Shown: positions 1 through 13,370 of the stretch, in pieces
Layout of the letters: each line of letters starts with the position of its first letter
Numbering within the stretch: the first letter of the stretch is position 1
Source of the DNA: the human T2T-CHM13v2.0 reference genome, Homo sapiens
Assembly: GCF_009914755.1 (NCBI RefSeq)
Contig: NC_060926.1
Strand: one strand, 5' to 3'
Length of the DNA stretch: 64,000 nt
Program-made: the position numbers and the translations under genes
Notes under the pieces: model-generated
Told to the model about the DNA's origin: nothing
What the model saw: the letters and a program-made list of their open reading frames with translations, nothing else
The model's database searches: none

Positions 1-498
1 CAGGTCAGAATTGTCAGTATCACCATTGTCCACCTCCGTATCTTATCCCACTGGAATGTCTTGAAGGGCAATAACAAGCATGGAGCTGTCATCTCCTATG
101 ATGAGAATGCCTTCTGGAATACCTCCTGAAGGACCTACCTGAGGCTGTTTTACAGGTAACTTCTAAAAATACATAAGTAGAAGGAGTACACTCTAAAATA
201 ATAAAACATATGGTATAGTAAATGCATAAACTAGTAACATAGTTGTTGATTATCATTATCAAATATGTACTATATATAATTGCATAGGATATACTGTTAT
301 ATGACTGGCAGCACAGTAGGTTTGTTTACACCAGCATTTCCATAAACATATAAATAATGCATAATTCTACAACTTTACAATGTATACTACAATGTCACCA
401 GGCAATAGAACTTTTTCAGCTCCATTATAATCTTATGGCACCACCAACATATATGCAATCTGTATTGACCAAAAAGTCTTTAGACAGGTGATAACTAT
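1..498. mobile_element. Tigger3-like (TcMar-Tigger) DNA transposon fossil, running off the window start
   Basis: Resembles the recalled Tigger3/MER7 consensus (cccactggaa..gggcaataac..catggagctgtcatctcctatg..gaatacctcctgaaggacc); degenerate terminal repeat near 470-498. Confidence 0.7.
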
Positions 499-1470
499 AT
501 CAGTAACCTCTGGGGAACATTTAAAAATTTCCAATGTCCTAACATCATCAGCCAAGCTTCTGATTTAATGAATATGAGATGTAGTCTGACCATCAGATTT
601 TTTTTCTTTTTATTTCACCTAATGTAATTCAAAGATGATTGACACCACTGCATTAGAGTCGTCTTCTCAACAATGTGGATTAAAGAGGCAAACAAACCGT
701 AGGTGGATTTGTGCTTTCCTGAACCAAACCTATGTTAAGTGTTTGACTTGGAGATTTATCTAAATAAATGAGGGCAAGCTACAATTTCTAATTGACAAGT
801 AAAGTCTAAGACACTGACTAATACAGGTTGGTTTCTCTCATTGATTGGATTAAAAGTTCTCACCTCATGAAAGTACAATAGAGTGTGTAAACTCGGATTT
901 TCAATTAGAAAGTAACTCTCTTTCATCTAAGCAAATTTCATGTTTCCAGTTCTTACAGATTTAATCCTTAAAGCCAGAATATTTATGAATAAGAACACTG
1001 CAATTTTCACTTTTTATTCTAGAATGAATAGACTTGACAGTAATCTCAGCCTCTTTTCAAATTTTAAGTAATTAGATGCCAAATAATATTTCCCTACTGC
1101 CCTAAGGAATTAAGCACCAAGTTTTTCCCTATCAAGGACTCCCTTCAGTGGAGATGTACATTCTCTGAATTGTCAATTCTTGAGTCATAATAGTGGCTCT
1201 CATGTTCTTTTAGATTTTCAAGATGGAAAACTCATATTTAGTTATATCATCCTGTTTACTTCCCACAAGTGATCTGTCATCAAATCTCATATTTTCCTGA
1301 GAAGTATCTCTTAGATTCTCCAGTTGCTTCTTGTTACCAAGACTTCATCTAGAACATCCTCACTACTTTTTGGGACAAATTTTTTATAGGATGAGTCAAC
1401 ACTTTAAAATATAAATTTTACCAAAATCTCTTTGTCAAGAGTATATAATTGTTCTATGTCACTGATAAGG

Positions 1471-1863
1471 TGATATGGTTTGGCTGTGTCCCCACCCAGA
1501 TCTCATCCTGAATTATAGTTCCCATAATCCCCACATGTCGTGGGAGGGATGTCGTGGGAGGGACCCAGTGGGAGGTAACTGAATCATGGGGCAGTTACCC
1601 CAGTGCTGCTGTTCTCATGATAGTGAGTGAGCTCTCACAAGATCTGATGATTTTATAAGGGGCTTTCCCCCCTTTTGCTGGGCACTTCTCCTTGCTGCCA
1701 CAATGAGAAGAAGGACGTGTTTGCTTCCTCTTCCTCTATGAATTTTAAGTTTCCTGAGGCCTCCCCAGCCATGGTGAACTGTGAGTCAACTAACCCTCTT
1801 TCCTTTATAAATTATCCAGTCTTGGGGATGTCTGTATTAGCAGCATGAGAATGGACTAATACG
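1471..1863 (+). mobile_element. THE1-type MaLR solo LTR (THE1C/D-like)
   Basis: Starts tgatatggtttggctgtgtccccacc and ends gagaatggactaatac; contains a 14-bp tandem duplication atgtcgtgggaggg at 1535-1562. Confidence 0.9.
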
Positions 1864-2039
1864 TAGGCAAACTCCAAACTCCAGAATGCTTTCCTTTTTA
1901 ACAAATAAAAGTTAAACAGTGTCTTAACTTCTTCCACTAACATTTACTTACTGTACTTGAAAATTACCCAAAGGAAAACAAACTCTTTTAGTTATATGAA
2001 AGTTGAAGTCTCTGTCTTATACTTTATTCTATAATATTA

Positions 2040-2215
2040 CAGTGTGGATAGTAGGAAGGACAAGGGTGTTAAAGTGAAATACAACTGGATTCAAATGCTT
2101 ACTTTGTTGATTACTGTTTGCTCATGAGCAAGTTTTCAAAACTTTTTATATTCAGTTTATTCATTGTGAAGTGGGGTTTAATAAATGTCAACCTATTGAG
2201 TTGTTATGAGTTCTC
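2040..2215 (+). mobile_element. Degenerate MIR SINE
   Basis: MIR-core-like ctggattcaaat...gagcaagtt...cagtttattcattgtgaagtggggtt. Confidence 0.5.
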
Positions 2216-2334
2216 TACAAAAAATATCTATCATCTATCTTTCTGCCAATCTTTCTATCTCTATCATCTACATTGATAGCCTATGCCATATGTTTTGAAC
2301 AGTTATCCTCAATAAACAGAAGCTCTTGTTGCGA

Positions 2335-2345
2335 TTTCTTTCTTT

Positions 2346-2408
<63 letters not shown>
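2335..2408. repeat. (TTTC)n tetranucleotide microsatellite
   Basis: Directly visible, near-perfect TTTC array of about 70 bp. Confidence 0.97.
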
Positions 2409-3659
2409 GTTTTTAATAACATAGTATTTATCTACAATGAAAAACCTGTACTAGGAAGAAAATGGCAGTCCTTCTTCAAAGGGGTTAATTTTCTTTTGTA
2501 AGATTCAGGAATTGATGGCTGAGGTGTTATTTTTTTCTTGTTTACAGCATAAGTTTAAACCACAGAAAACATCAAAACCTAGCTTGGCTTTGTTTAGTAT
2601 GTGTCATAACTTGGTGATTCAAAGGATCTTTGCTTTTTAGCTTCCAAGTGAAAGGGTTTGTTTATGGTGTCTACAAAGGTAAGAACAAAATTTGCTAATT
2701 AGAAATTGAAAAACTTAGTCAATCAAAAGGCCTTTGTTGTTAGGTTTTGATCATGGCAAAAGGAGGAGTTTTGCATTTGCCTAGATGCATACAAAAGGCA
2801 ATTTGTTAAAATAGCAAAAGAGCAGCAAAGGCTGTCTGTTTCTCTGCTTACTCTGAATATACTACAAGTAGAAAGCATAGGCTCTTTACCAGTTCACCAG
2901 TAATCACATTTTTGGTACAAAAGGGGACTCTGCAAAGGCAAATTTATTTAGGCTTAAAAATTATTCATGTTCTTCCTTCCAATCAAATACCACCTGGCAC
3001 AAATATTTGGCCCTCAATAGGAGAGAACCTGTAGTGGGAACAGAACCTTGTAAATGAGAGGAGGAAAACTTATTCACCACTGTGACCCTTTTCCTTTTCC
3101 TTATGGCCTTTTCTCTGTGTGAGAAATCAGGGAAGTCTGCACAGCTGACAGGCAAGGGAGGAGAAACTGCAGGGGCAAGGTGCACAATGTGGATATAAAA
3201 TTCTACTCTAAGAGAGTGTGGAGGGAAGCCACATTTGAGTTGATAACATTATTTTATTCCTCTTAATATAAGAAGACACTTTTTGTCATTTAAATTGATT
3301 TGGTTAAAAGAAGACATAGATGAAATAGAAATACGAGAGGAAAGGACATTTTTCCTTCTCAGAAACTGTGTGCAGGAGTTTGAAAATGCGGGATAGATGG
3401 CTGTCCCAGGAGAATGATCGAGGAAAGTGTGATCCTGCAGTAGTAAACGCAAGCATGAGGCATCTTTCTTATTTATACATTAGAGTTCTTTCAACTCATA
3501 TGTGATTTAAAAGAATATTGAAATACTACCAACAGTGTTTTCTCTTTTCCTGTGAAATGCTTATTTTCAATCTCAAATTAACTTCCATATTCTTTAAAAA
3601 CTTTCCATTCCACTCACAGACACAGGATTTTCTCCCTTCTCTGACATATGATCTTTCTT

Positions 3660-4170
3660 TGTGGAGAAAGGGTCTTTTATACTCTGGTGGTGCCAGCATT
3701 ACCCAGGGCAGCAAACTTTCAGCAAGGCAATTTGAAATGTATCTGAAAAAATGTAAGTGTATATACCAGGAATTTATATAAAGAAAATGCATGGACTATG
3801 TTTAGAGGATATTAATTGCAAGGTTAATTATAAATTAAGAAAAAAAGAAACAAATCTCATGTCCTATAACATAGGATCAGTTAAATAAGTTATGGAAGAT
3901 AAAAAATGGATAGTATGCAATAGTTCATATAAAAATATGTATTTATATTTACTTATGTAGAAATGAATTTGAGGTACAAATGTAAACTACATAATGGTAT
4001 GTGTTAGATGATTATATATATATATATATATATATATAACTGCAAGATAATTGCACCAAACTTGTTAACTGTGGTTGTATCTTCATGAATAAAGTTTGAC
4101 TAATTTAAAATTTTTTCCTAAATTTTTAATATTATTTTACAATGATTGTGTTCTCCAATGAGAAAAAAAG
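3660..4170 (+). mobile_element. Old L1M (L1ME-like) 3' fragment containing (TA)n at 4013-4038
   Basis: Degenerate L1 3' motifs (ctggtggtgccagcatt..gcaatttg; aaataagttatgg; ttaactgtggttgtatct); TA run visible. Confidence 0.5.
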
Positions 4171-5236
4171 CATTGTTATAGTTAGGTACTCTTCCTAATA
4201 TATACTTTTGATCTTTCTAACTATACTATAAGTTCCATAATGATGGGGATCTTTTATGTCTTGGTAACATCCCAGCCCCCTTTATCCACATTGTGAGTTA
4301 TCACTCCATACACCTTCATCATAGTCATAATGATTTGGGGTTATTTCTTGCAAAGAATATTTATTCCCAGGCCATTCCTCCAATTCTTATCTAAAGTCTC
4401 AAGAGAAGTAATTCTAGGAACATTGAAGAGTCTTCAAATCGCACAAGGGTAAAATCAGTAAGCTCCCCAAAGCTGAAATTCTAATTCTAAGGTTACTCTT
4501 GTTCTTAGAATAGGCACTGGGGAACTCTGGGGACTGTCTCCTTGACTGTTCTGCATTTTGTCTGTAATGCATTCTAAAGATCACTCTCCTTGACATTACT
4601 CTTCTAAATCAAGCATATAAATTCTACTCAGGAATCAAAGCCACTAGATAGTCTGCATGCATTTACACTGGGGAGGGCAAAGCAGAGGGGAGAGCCCTAG
4701 CAGGGCTAGCCTGCTAATAAAACATGACTTTTAACTCCTTGCTCAGGTCTTAAATTCTCTCTCAGTAACAATATTGTATAAGCCAAATGTAACATGTGAA
4801 TATGCAAAGCTCATCATTTGAAAGAAAAACATCAGCCTTCTCCAATTAGGTACATTTGCTGAAATAAAGGGTGGTACTTATCCTCCATGTAACATGATGT
4901 TGCTAAATGAGAAGATCTGTAGTCACATTATACCTTCCAGGGAATGCTTGTCTTGTATGTTTTCTTTGGGTTTTTTCTAGAGCTTCATATCAGACAGCAC
5001 AACACTTGTACATTTCCAAACTGATTTGCAGGATGATACATTCAGATTCTCAGAGGAAGCCTATAAAACAAATATTCGTTGAGCATCTAATCCAGTCTAT
5101 GAGCCTTGCCTGAAGGAGATGGGAAAAAAATGACACGGCTTTAACCTCAGAGGGTCTACAGAAAAGGTGAGGGAATAAAACTTATTAATAAAAGTAAAAC
5201 TTAGGCAATAGTTTCTGGAATATCTATGTCAAGGAT

Positions 5237-5414
5237 TAGGGTTGCCAGATTTTGCAAATAAAAGTACAGAACACCAACTTAAATTTGAATTTCAGAGAGA
5301 CACTGAATCATCTTTTTATATATTTCACGAGGCATAGTTGTACTAAAAACTTATTTGCTGTTAATCTGGAATTTAAATTTAACTGGCTGTTCAGTATTTT
5401 ACCTGACAACCCTA
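5237..5414. mobile_element. MER53 hAT MITE (palindromic)
   Basis: Terminal inverted repeats tagggttgccag / ctgacaacccta; inner inverted arms aaatttgaatttcag / ctggaatttaaattt. Confidence 0.85.
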
Positions 5415-6756
5415 CCAAGTCACAATTTTTAAACGACTGCTAAGTTAGAATTGAAGAGTATAGAATAGTGATTGACAGAAAAAACAGGAAAGAAATGCAA
5501 GATCCACTCAGGTTACAAAGATAATAATTTAGTCCATTAAAAATGGGTAAGAGAAACTGGGTGGATGTGAAACTAATTCCATATAAAATCTTGGTTTAGA
5601 ATTCCTACTTGACATAGTAGTCAGAATTCTGTTACGAAAGGAACTGACTATATTCATATATGCTGAAGGAGAATCCAGTATGCAATATCCAGAAAGAGAT
5701 CCTCAATGAAATCCTTTTGACTTCGAGATAACACTGCAGCTGTCCCAATTTGTCACCCTGTAACTTCAACCTGCTCAATTTAGTAAAATTACTCCTTTTT
5801 AAGTCAATCAGTGACTACAAATCAAAAACGGTTGTAAATAGTATAGAGACAATGAAGTAAATAAAAACAATAGCATTCACATTTTTGGATAATCGATCAG
5901 TGTCATTTACTCATCTACTTATTTTTGAAATATTAATATTGTTCTTAAAATGATTTTAGACTTTCAAGTTTAATTTTGCAAGTGTAAAAGAATTTGATTA
6001 TGTGGGTTAACTGTACTTAACAAAATAAGAGGAACTGATCTATCTATCAGATTGAATTATTAGATTCACAAGGGTTGCTTAAGACCTAGGGAGAACTTGC
6101 ACGTGAAGTTATTATGTCTGCCTGTCAGCCATTTGAAATGCTTTTACAAAATTCAAATGTATTAAATCTAGTAAATCATACTTGTTTTTAAATGTTAATC
6201 TGTTTAATTTGAGAAATTAAGCATTTATCAAAGAATAAATAAAAAGTATTTTTCCATTTTTATACAAAATCGACTGTATCCATGAATGGAACAAAATGCT
6301 AATAAATTAAATTTAAATATTGATATTAATAAGTTAAAATATTGATAAGTTAAACTCAAAGCTTAAGGACATTTAAATTATAACTTAAATTTATTCCATG
6401 TAATTTAAACTGAAGCATTTTAATAGTTCTTTCTACGTACATACTATGGACAGTAAAGCCTAAGATGATAATAAGAAGATATTTAAATTCCAGGGAGTCT
6501 TACCTTCTTACAATTCTTATAATTACCAGTTCTTACAATATTTTGAAAATAATAAATCTCCTAGTCAGAGTTCAGTAGTTAAGGGGAACTCCGAACACTC
6601 TGATTAACATCCTTTGCTTTTTAATATTCTGAAGAATTAATATGGGATAAATTAGACTTAATATTGTAATAATAAAAGCTGCTTAAATTCAACTGTTACT
6701 GATATAGTTAATTCCATTTCTCTGAAATCACTTAGTGTACATGCCTGTTTTAGTAA

Positions 6757-7631
6757 GGATAGCAACAGGAGACAGAAAAATTCTAGGCAGACAGGGGAGG
6801 GTCCCTGGCAAAACCTTACCTTCAAGCCAAAAAGCATGAAACCCATGGCCCTAAGTGAGAACTTTCATCCCTATGTGCCCGGTCTCTCCCAATTTGTTCT
6901 TTCTGAATACTGCCTTTTAACCAATCGAATGTTGCATTTTCCAAAACTACTAGCAGCCCACCCTGCCCCCATCCTATGCCTATAAAGATCCCAGCCAGCA
7001 GAGGATAGAAGCAGCTGGATGTCAGGAAGAATCAGCTGGATGTTGGAGAGAAGCAGCTTGACTCCAGAGATGGCAACTGGACATCAAAGAGAGGCAGTTT
7101 GACTTCAGGGGAGAGCGACCTTCCCTTCCCATCCCCTTTTCAGCTCCCCTCTCTGCTGAGAGTTGTCTTCATCACTCAGTAAAATTCTCCACATTCACCA
7201 TCCTCCAATTTATCCATGTGACCTCATTCCTCTTGGCCACTGGACAAGAATTTGGGATGCATTAGGTGGCAGTACCCAAAAAGGCTGTTACACTAGTCCT
7301 TTGCCCTCACTGGCAGATGGCAGCCAGCCCACATGATGAATCAAAGGGCCCACTCAACTGATAACACACCGCTGTCTGCAGATGGCAGAGCTAAAAGAGT
7401 ACTGTAACACACCCTCTGTGTCCTTGGGGTCACAGGCATCCCATCTGCAGGACCCACATGGAGTTTGCTCCTGCTGGTGCCAAAGCAGCTGGTTCCTGCA
7501 CTTGCTTGCTCCTGTTCCTGCACTCATCTGCTCGCAAACTCTCTTCCGCAAGGGGATGCGCAGGTGGCCTGAGTAAATGAGGCATTCTTGTCATGACTCC
7601 CACAAAGGGGTCAAGAAAATATACTGCATCA
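6757..7631 (+). mobile_element. ERV1 solo LTR (LTR1/LTR27/LTR28/MER52 group)
   Basis: Starts (t/g)gatagcaacaggagacagaaaaattctaggcag; CCAAT at 6921, TATAAA near 6981, agtaaa poly(A)-like signal; ends ctgcatca; gtaa/ataa 4-bp flanks. Homologous to 27616-28584. Confidence 0.85.
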
Positions 7632-7739
7632 ATAACGTACCAGAAACAACATTATAGCCACGTAGCAATGAATGAGTATCATTTTAGTGCAATAGAAAGA
7701 GCAGTACATGGCTTCTGCAGATAACCCAAGTCTTTAGTT

Positions 7740-8460
7740 TTTTTCTTTTTAGATCAATTTTATTTTTTAATTGACAAATAATAGTCCTACATATTTATGG
7801 TGTACAATCTGATGTTTTGATACATGTATACACTGTGAAATGATCAAATCAGGGTAATTAGTATAGCTATCATCTCAAATATTTAACATTTCTTTGTGGT
7901 AAGAACATTTAATATCCTCTTTAGCCTCTCCTGACATAGGGGGACCCAATCTCTAAAAAAATTAAAAAATGAGCCAGACATGGTGGCACACACCTGTGGT
8001 CCCAGTTACTTAAGAGGCTGAGGTAGGAGGATCATTTCAGAGATTGAGGCTGCAGTGAGCCATGATAATGCCACTGTACTCCAGCCTGAGTGACAGAGTG
8101 AAACCTTGTCCCAATAAAAAGAAATCCTCCCTTTCACCTATTTTGAAACATACAACACATTATTCTTAATGATAGTCAACTTGCTGTGCGATAGAACACC
8201 AAAACTTAATCCTCTTATCTAACTGTAACTGTTGACCAATCCTCTTTCCTTGTCCACTTTCCCCCAACCCTCACCTCCACCCCCACCTACCTCTGGCAAC
8301 TACCATTGTACTCACTTCTTTCATAAGTTTGACTTTTTAAATTCCACATATAAGTAAGATCATACAATATTTGTGTCAAAGACAAATATGCTCTATTCCT
8401 GGCTAATTTCATTGAACATAATGTCCTCTAGTTTCATCCATGTCATAAAAAATAATAGGA
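7740..8460 (-). mobile_element. L1MA/L1MB 3' end fragment, interrupted by an Alu
   Basis: Antisense L1 3'UTR motifs (ttgacaaataat..catatttatggtgtaca; ggcaactaccattgtactc; tcctggctaatttcattgaacataatg). Confidence 0.8.
7922..8120 (+). mobile_element. 5'-truncated AluJ-type SINE
   Basis: Right-arm Alu with J-like features (ggaggatca..gaggctgcagtgagccatgat) and an A-rich tail. Confidence 0.85.
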
Positions 8461-8514
8461 TTAATAAAGTTAGGTTACTAGATTTGAAATTTAATTCCTT
8501 CACCAATATTTACT

Positions 8515-8635
8515 GGGAAATTGTTTAAAATTACAGATTCCTAGGCCCCTTCTCCATTGTTTCAATAATTGAGGGGGGTGGGCAGGAATCTGAATACTCT
8601 AAAGTCTCTCCAGTTAATTCTAAAAATTAGGCAGG
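8515..8635. mobile_element. MER5-type hAT-Charlie fragment
   Basis: ttgtttaaaattacagattcctaggcccc...ggggtgggcaggaatctg resembles the MER5 consensus. Confidence 0.55.
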
Positions 8636-10049
8636 TAGATATGGAGAATATTGGCCTACAAAGTCCTTTGCTATTCTAAAATTTCATAAGGACAATCTTA
8701 AAGACTGAACATAGCCCTTAAAAAAGAAATCATAACCGAATAAAAACTTAATGAAGTGTGTTTTTTAATACTCATTCGAAAAAATGCCTGTTAAAATGCG
8801 TATTTTATTATAGATAGAGTCACATATTTTTGCCATAACAACTCAGAGTATCCCCCTGGCTTCTCATTGAAGTTAAGTCACTATACATATTTATCTTATG
8901 CCTATGAGACATTTAGGAGAAAGAACTTGGGGTCTTTAATAAATAGTATTCATCCATATTGACCTTTTCTCTTCTGTTATTTCAAGAAAATTCGGCAAGT
9001 ATTTGGAAATTTAATATTCATTTATTGCATGGGATCATTTCAGCAAGCTTCCCTTGATTTAGACAAAGACAAAATACCTATCCACAATGGTTACCTCTCA
9101 AATCTGTTTTTTTTAAACCAAAATATTGCAGACGAATGAAGTGGAATGAAGCCATTCCTGCACAAAGATGTCCAGAGCAAAGAAAAACACATATTTCATA
9201 ACACAGCTGATTCTCAAAGTCAACATTACATGGTGTTGCCTACAATTCTATGTAAACAGTATATGGGAGTAGACAGCAGCAAGAGAACCTGGTTAGTTTG
9301 CAATCTAGTATCTTGGTCCTAATATTTTAGAAACTTGGTTGTTCTCAATGCCTAATTGATGCCCAATTGGTAACAACAGCCTCATTTCAGTTGTTGTTGT
9401 TGTTATTGTTTTTCTTCCCTGAGTGGAAAATGGATCAGTGCTTTGGGGCAGCTGAGCTGATTTCTTTTTGAATTGAAAATGGATCCACTTTACACAAAAA
9501 AATAATTAGAAACTTCCATATCACACACTGTCATGTGCTAACAGCCTGGAAGACGTGCCCAGTGAAAACAACTGAAAGTGTTGGTTTGGATGTTTTACAC
9601 ACACACACGTGCATGCGTAGATGCCCTGATGTGTGCTGGCAAGTTAGTAAGATCTATCCAGAGGCTAAAAGTCCAAGGAGAAATCCAGAGCAAAAACTGA
9701 TCTTTATGGTAGAAAACTGGAGCTGTGGTTTTCATTTCCTTTTGGGCAGCAGAAAACAAAAACAAACAAACAAACAAAAAACTAGCCAAAGCACAGGACA
9801 TTCTAAAATAGGTCTCTCAGTAAATGAGATCTAAAGAATGAACATAAAAGAAACGAATGACCTTCCTCAAATGAGGAAATCCTTGCCTTGGTTCTCAACA
9901 GTTACAAAAAAGGAATTTCCTTTGAAAAATTATAACTATAATCTCACCTTCAAAGATATTATAGTCCATTGAAATATTATCTAGATGGCCTGAGGGGGCT
10001 TCAGGCAGAGAATTAAGTTGGAGGTGATCTTCATCTAGTGGTCATCAAG

Positions 10050-10990
10050 GCAGAAGGTGACATGCCCACTACAAATGAAGACCTCAGGTAATTTCCACAA
10101 GATTAAACAAACATGAATTTATGATAAAAGTCACAATACACAATGAAATAAGGCACCATGATTGAGAGAAACTACAAACAGCATTTTCAGTCCTATAAAC
10201 ACTATCCGTAATGAAAGACTATCCATGTTGAAATTATTAGACAAATACCATAAAATTTATGTTTAATATGCTAAACACAATATGACAGCATGGAAAATAT
10301 AAGCAAAATGCAAGAAATCATTTTTAAATGACCAAGCTGACTAAAAATATACCTAAATAGAACTTCTAAAAATAAAAATTACAGTAATTTATATTTAAAG
10401 ATTAAAAGAACATTGAGTGAACAAAATAAGCTAAATAATTGATAATCTGGAAGATAAATCTACAGTAACTATCATCAAGCAGCCCAAAAAGATAAAGAGA
10501 TGGGAAATATGAAGAAGTTAAGATACATGGAAAATAGAGAAAATAAAATATAAACAATTACAGAAAGATGAAAGAAAGAAAATTGATTGGAAGTAATATT
10601 TGATGTGAATGTTTTGGAACTACTGAATGCCACCAACCACAGATTCAGGAAACCAATCAAAATGTAAACAAAAACAAATATATAAATAAATAAATAACAA
10701 AAATCCACAGTTAGATATAGTGAAATTATAAATTACCAATTGAATGAATATGTGGATAACTCTGAACAAATATTTATGTACAAAGTAATAAGAACAACAC
10801 AAACAATGCCTTACTGAGTTTTAAAATGATTTAGCTTTTATAATTATGTATGGTAAATTTTTAAGTGTCATTTCTAAAAATATGGAAACAGAGTGTGTAA
10901 CTTCCAGTGAAGTTGAGGGGGTAAAGGATGTAATAAGAAAAATAAGTTGAGGGAAACAAAAAGGAGAGAAACAGAAACATAAGAAGACAG
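10050..10990 (+). mobile_element. Old L1M ORF1-region fossil
   Basis: A-rich degenerate ORF1 pattern (aaatagaacttctaaaaataaaaattacagta; cacagattcaggaaacc; atagtgaaatt). Confidence 0.55.
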
Positions 10991-10999
10991 AAAATAAAA

Positions 11000-11410
11000 C
11001 ATATTAGTCCTCTAAGAAACAGATGCCAAAATGGGATTAGAGGTGCAAATAGATTGGGGAGAAAATGTCTGTGAAAGATAAAGAAGAGAGAGCAAGAAAA
11101 GGTGAAATGAGCCATGATGATTGCTGATACAATTGAAGGAACAAGGAAAAGAAAGAAAATTGCATAGGAAAAGTCTTAGATTTAAGTGCAGTTATTTTAA
11201 AAAAAAAAAGGTTTTGCCAGGCCAAAGAGGAGTCCCTGATTCAAGTCTGCCATTAGCTATATCTGTGTCTAACAAAAACAGGCTGGCAGGAGCACCCCAG
11301 CCATATTCTCTCTTCGGCTGGGAGAAGCCCTGGAGAAGTGTGACTTCTTGAAACAAGAGAGTGGATCCAGAAGGGAAGCACCAAGGGCCATAAGTCAACT
11401 AATGTTAAAT
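11000..11410 (-). mobile_element. ERVL-type LTR fragment (LTR16/LTR33/LTR41-like)
   Basis: cagatgccaaaatgggattagaggtgcaaatagattggggagaaaatgtctgtga resembles antisense ERVL LTRs. Confidence 0.45.
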
Positions 11411-11447
11411 CTTTCAATTCATCATGTCTATATATATGAACACTATA

Positions 11448-12235
11448 CATATGATAAAAAGCTCAATGTCACTGATCATTAGAGAAATACAAATCAAAAC
11501 CACAATGAGATACCATCTCACACCAGTCAGAATGGCTATTATTAAAAAGTCAAAAAGCCACAGACGCTGGTGAGGTTGTAAAGAAAAAGGAACACTTTTA
11601 CATTGTTGGTGGGAGTGTAAATCAGTTCAACCATTGTGGAAGACAGTGTGGTGATTCCTCAAAGACCTATAGGCAGAAATACGACTTGACCCAGCAATCC
11701 CATTACCGGGTCTATATCCAGAGGAATATAAATCATTCTATTATAAAGATATATGCCCACGTTTGTTCAATGCAGCACTATTCACAATAGCAAAGGCATG
11801 GAATCGACCTAAATGTCCATCAATGATAGACTAGATAAAGAAAATGTGATATATATATACCATGGAATACAATGCAGCCATAAAAAGAAACAAGATCATG
11901 TCCTTTTCAGGGACATGGATAGAGCTGGAAGCCATTGTCCTCATCAAACTAATGCAGGAACAGAAAACCAAACCCCTCATGTTCTTACTTTATAAAGTGG
12001 GAGCTGAATGATGAGAACACATGGAGGGGAACAATACACACAGAGGCCTTTTGGAGGGTGAGGGTTGGGAGGAGGGAGAACACCAGGAAAAATAGTTAGT
12101 GGATGCTGGGCTTAATACCTAGGCAATGGGATTTGTGCAGCAAATAATCATGGCACACATTTACCTATGGGGCAAACCTTCACATACTCCACATGTACCC
12201 CAGAGCTTAAAATAAAAGCTGGAAATAAAAAAAAG
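11448..12235 (+). mobile_element. Older L1PA 3' fragment (ORF2 C-terminus plus 3'UTR and poly(A))
   Basis: aaatcaaaaccacaatgagataccatctcacaccagtcagaatggc...; G-rich 3'UTR; aataaa and A tail at about 12211-12235. Confidence 0.9.
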
Positions 12236-12365
12236 AAAGTGCTAAACTGTCTTACAAAGTGGCTGTACCATTTTGCATTTCACCAGCATAAACAAGGGTT
12301 TCTATTGCTCCACTTCTTCATCAGCAGTTCATATTATCACTTTTTAAAAATTTTTGCCTTCCTAA

Positions 12366-12732
<367 letters not shown>

Positions 12733-12746
12733 AGCTCATTGTTTTC

Positions 12747-13056
12747 TTTTTTGTTTTTTCTTTTCTTTTTTTTTTTGAGACGGAGTCTTACTCTGTTGCC
12801 CAGGCTGGAGTGCAGTGGTATGATCTCGGCTCACTGCAGCCTCTGTCTTCCGGATTAAGCAATTCTCCTGCCTCAGCCTCCCGAGTAGCTGGGATTACAG
12901 GCATACGCCACTACGCCCAGCTAATTTTTATATTTTTAGTAGAGATGTGTCTCACCATGTTGGCCAGGCTGGTCTCAAACTCCTGACCTCAAATTATTCA
13001 CCCTCCTCAGCCTCCCAAAGTGCTGGGATTAGAAGGGTGAGCCACCGCTCACGGCC
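12747..13056 (-). mobile_element. AluS (Sx/Sz-like) SINE
   Basis: Full dimeric Alu; flanked by cattgttttc at 12737-12746 and 13058-13067. Confidence 0.95.
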
Positions 13057-13337
13057 CCATTGTTTTCTTAATTTTCATTTTCCCAGTGACAAATTGCAAA
13101 AGACAAAAGTCTGTGGCTTGTCTTCATTTTCTTAACAGTAACTTTTGTGGAGAGGTTTTTAAGTTTAATAACATTCAACTTAGCAATTTTTTCATCTATC
13201 ATGCTTTTGATGTTGTATCTAAAAATTCATCATCAAACCCATGTTACCTAGATGTTCTAGTTTTTGTTTTAAGTTTTATACTTTTGTGCTTTGAACCATT
13301 TTTGTATGTGTGTGTGAAAGGTATAAGATTTGTGACT

Positions 13338-13370
13338 ATCGCTTCTCGACCTTTTGGCTAAGATCAGGTG
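13338..13370 (+). pseudogene. RNU2: 3'-truncated (tailless) U2 snRNA retropseudogene, nt 1-33
   Basis: atcgcttctcgaccttttggctaagatcaggtg matches the U2 5' end ATCGCTTCTCGGCCTTTTGGCTAAGATCAAGTG with 2 mismatches; flanked by the direct repeat aagatttgtgact (13325-13337) / aagatttgtgtct (13371-13383). The symbol is the parent family; I do not know the locus-specific pseudogene number. Confidence 0.93.

Noticed and set aside
9424-9486. Direct repeat gaaaatggatc twice, 50 bp apart
   Set aside because: Could be a TSD, but the enclosed 39 nt matches nothing I recognise; an 11-mer repeat is weak evidence.
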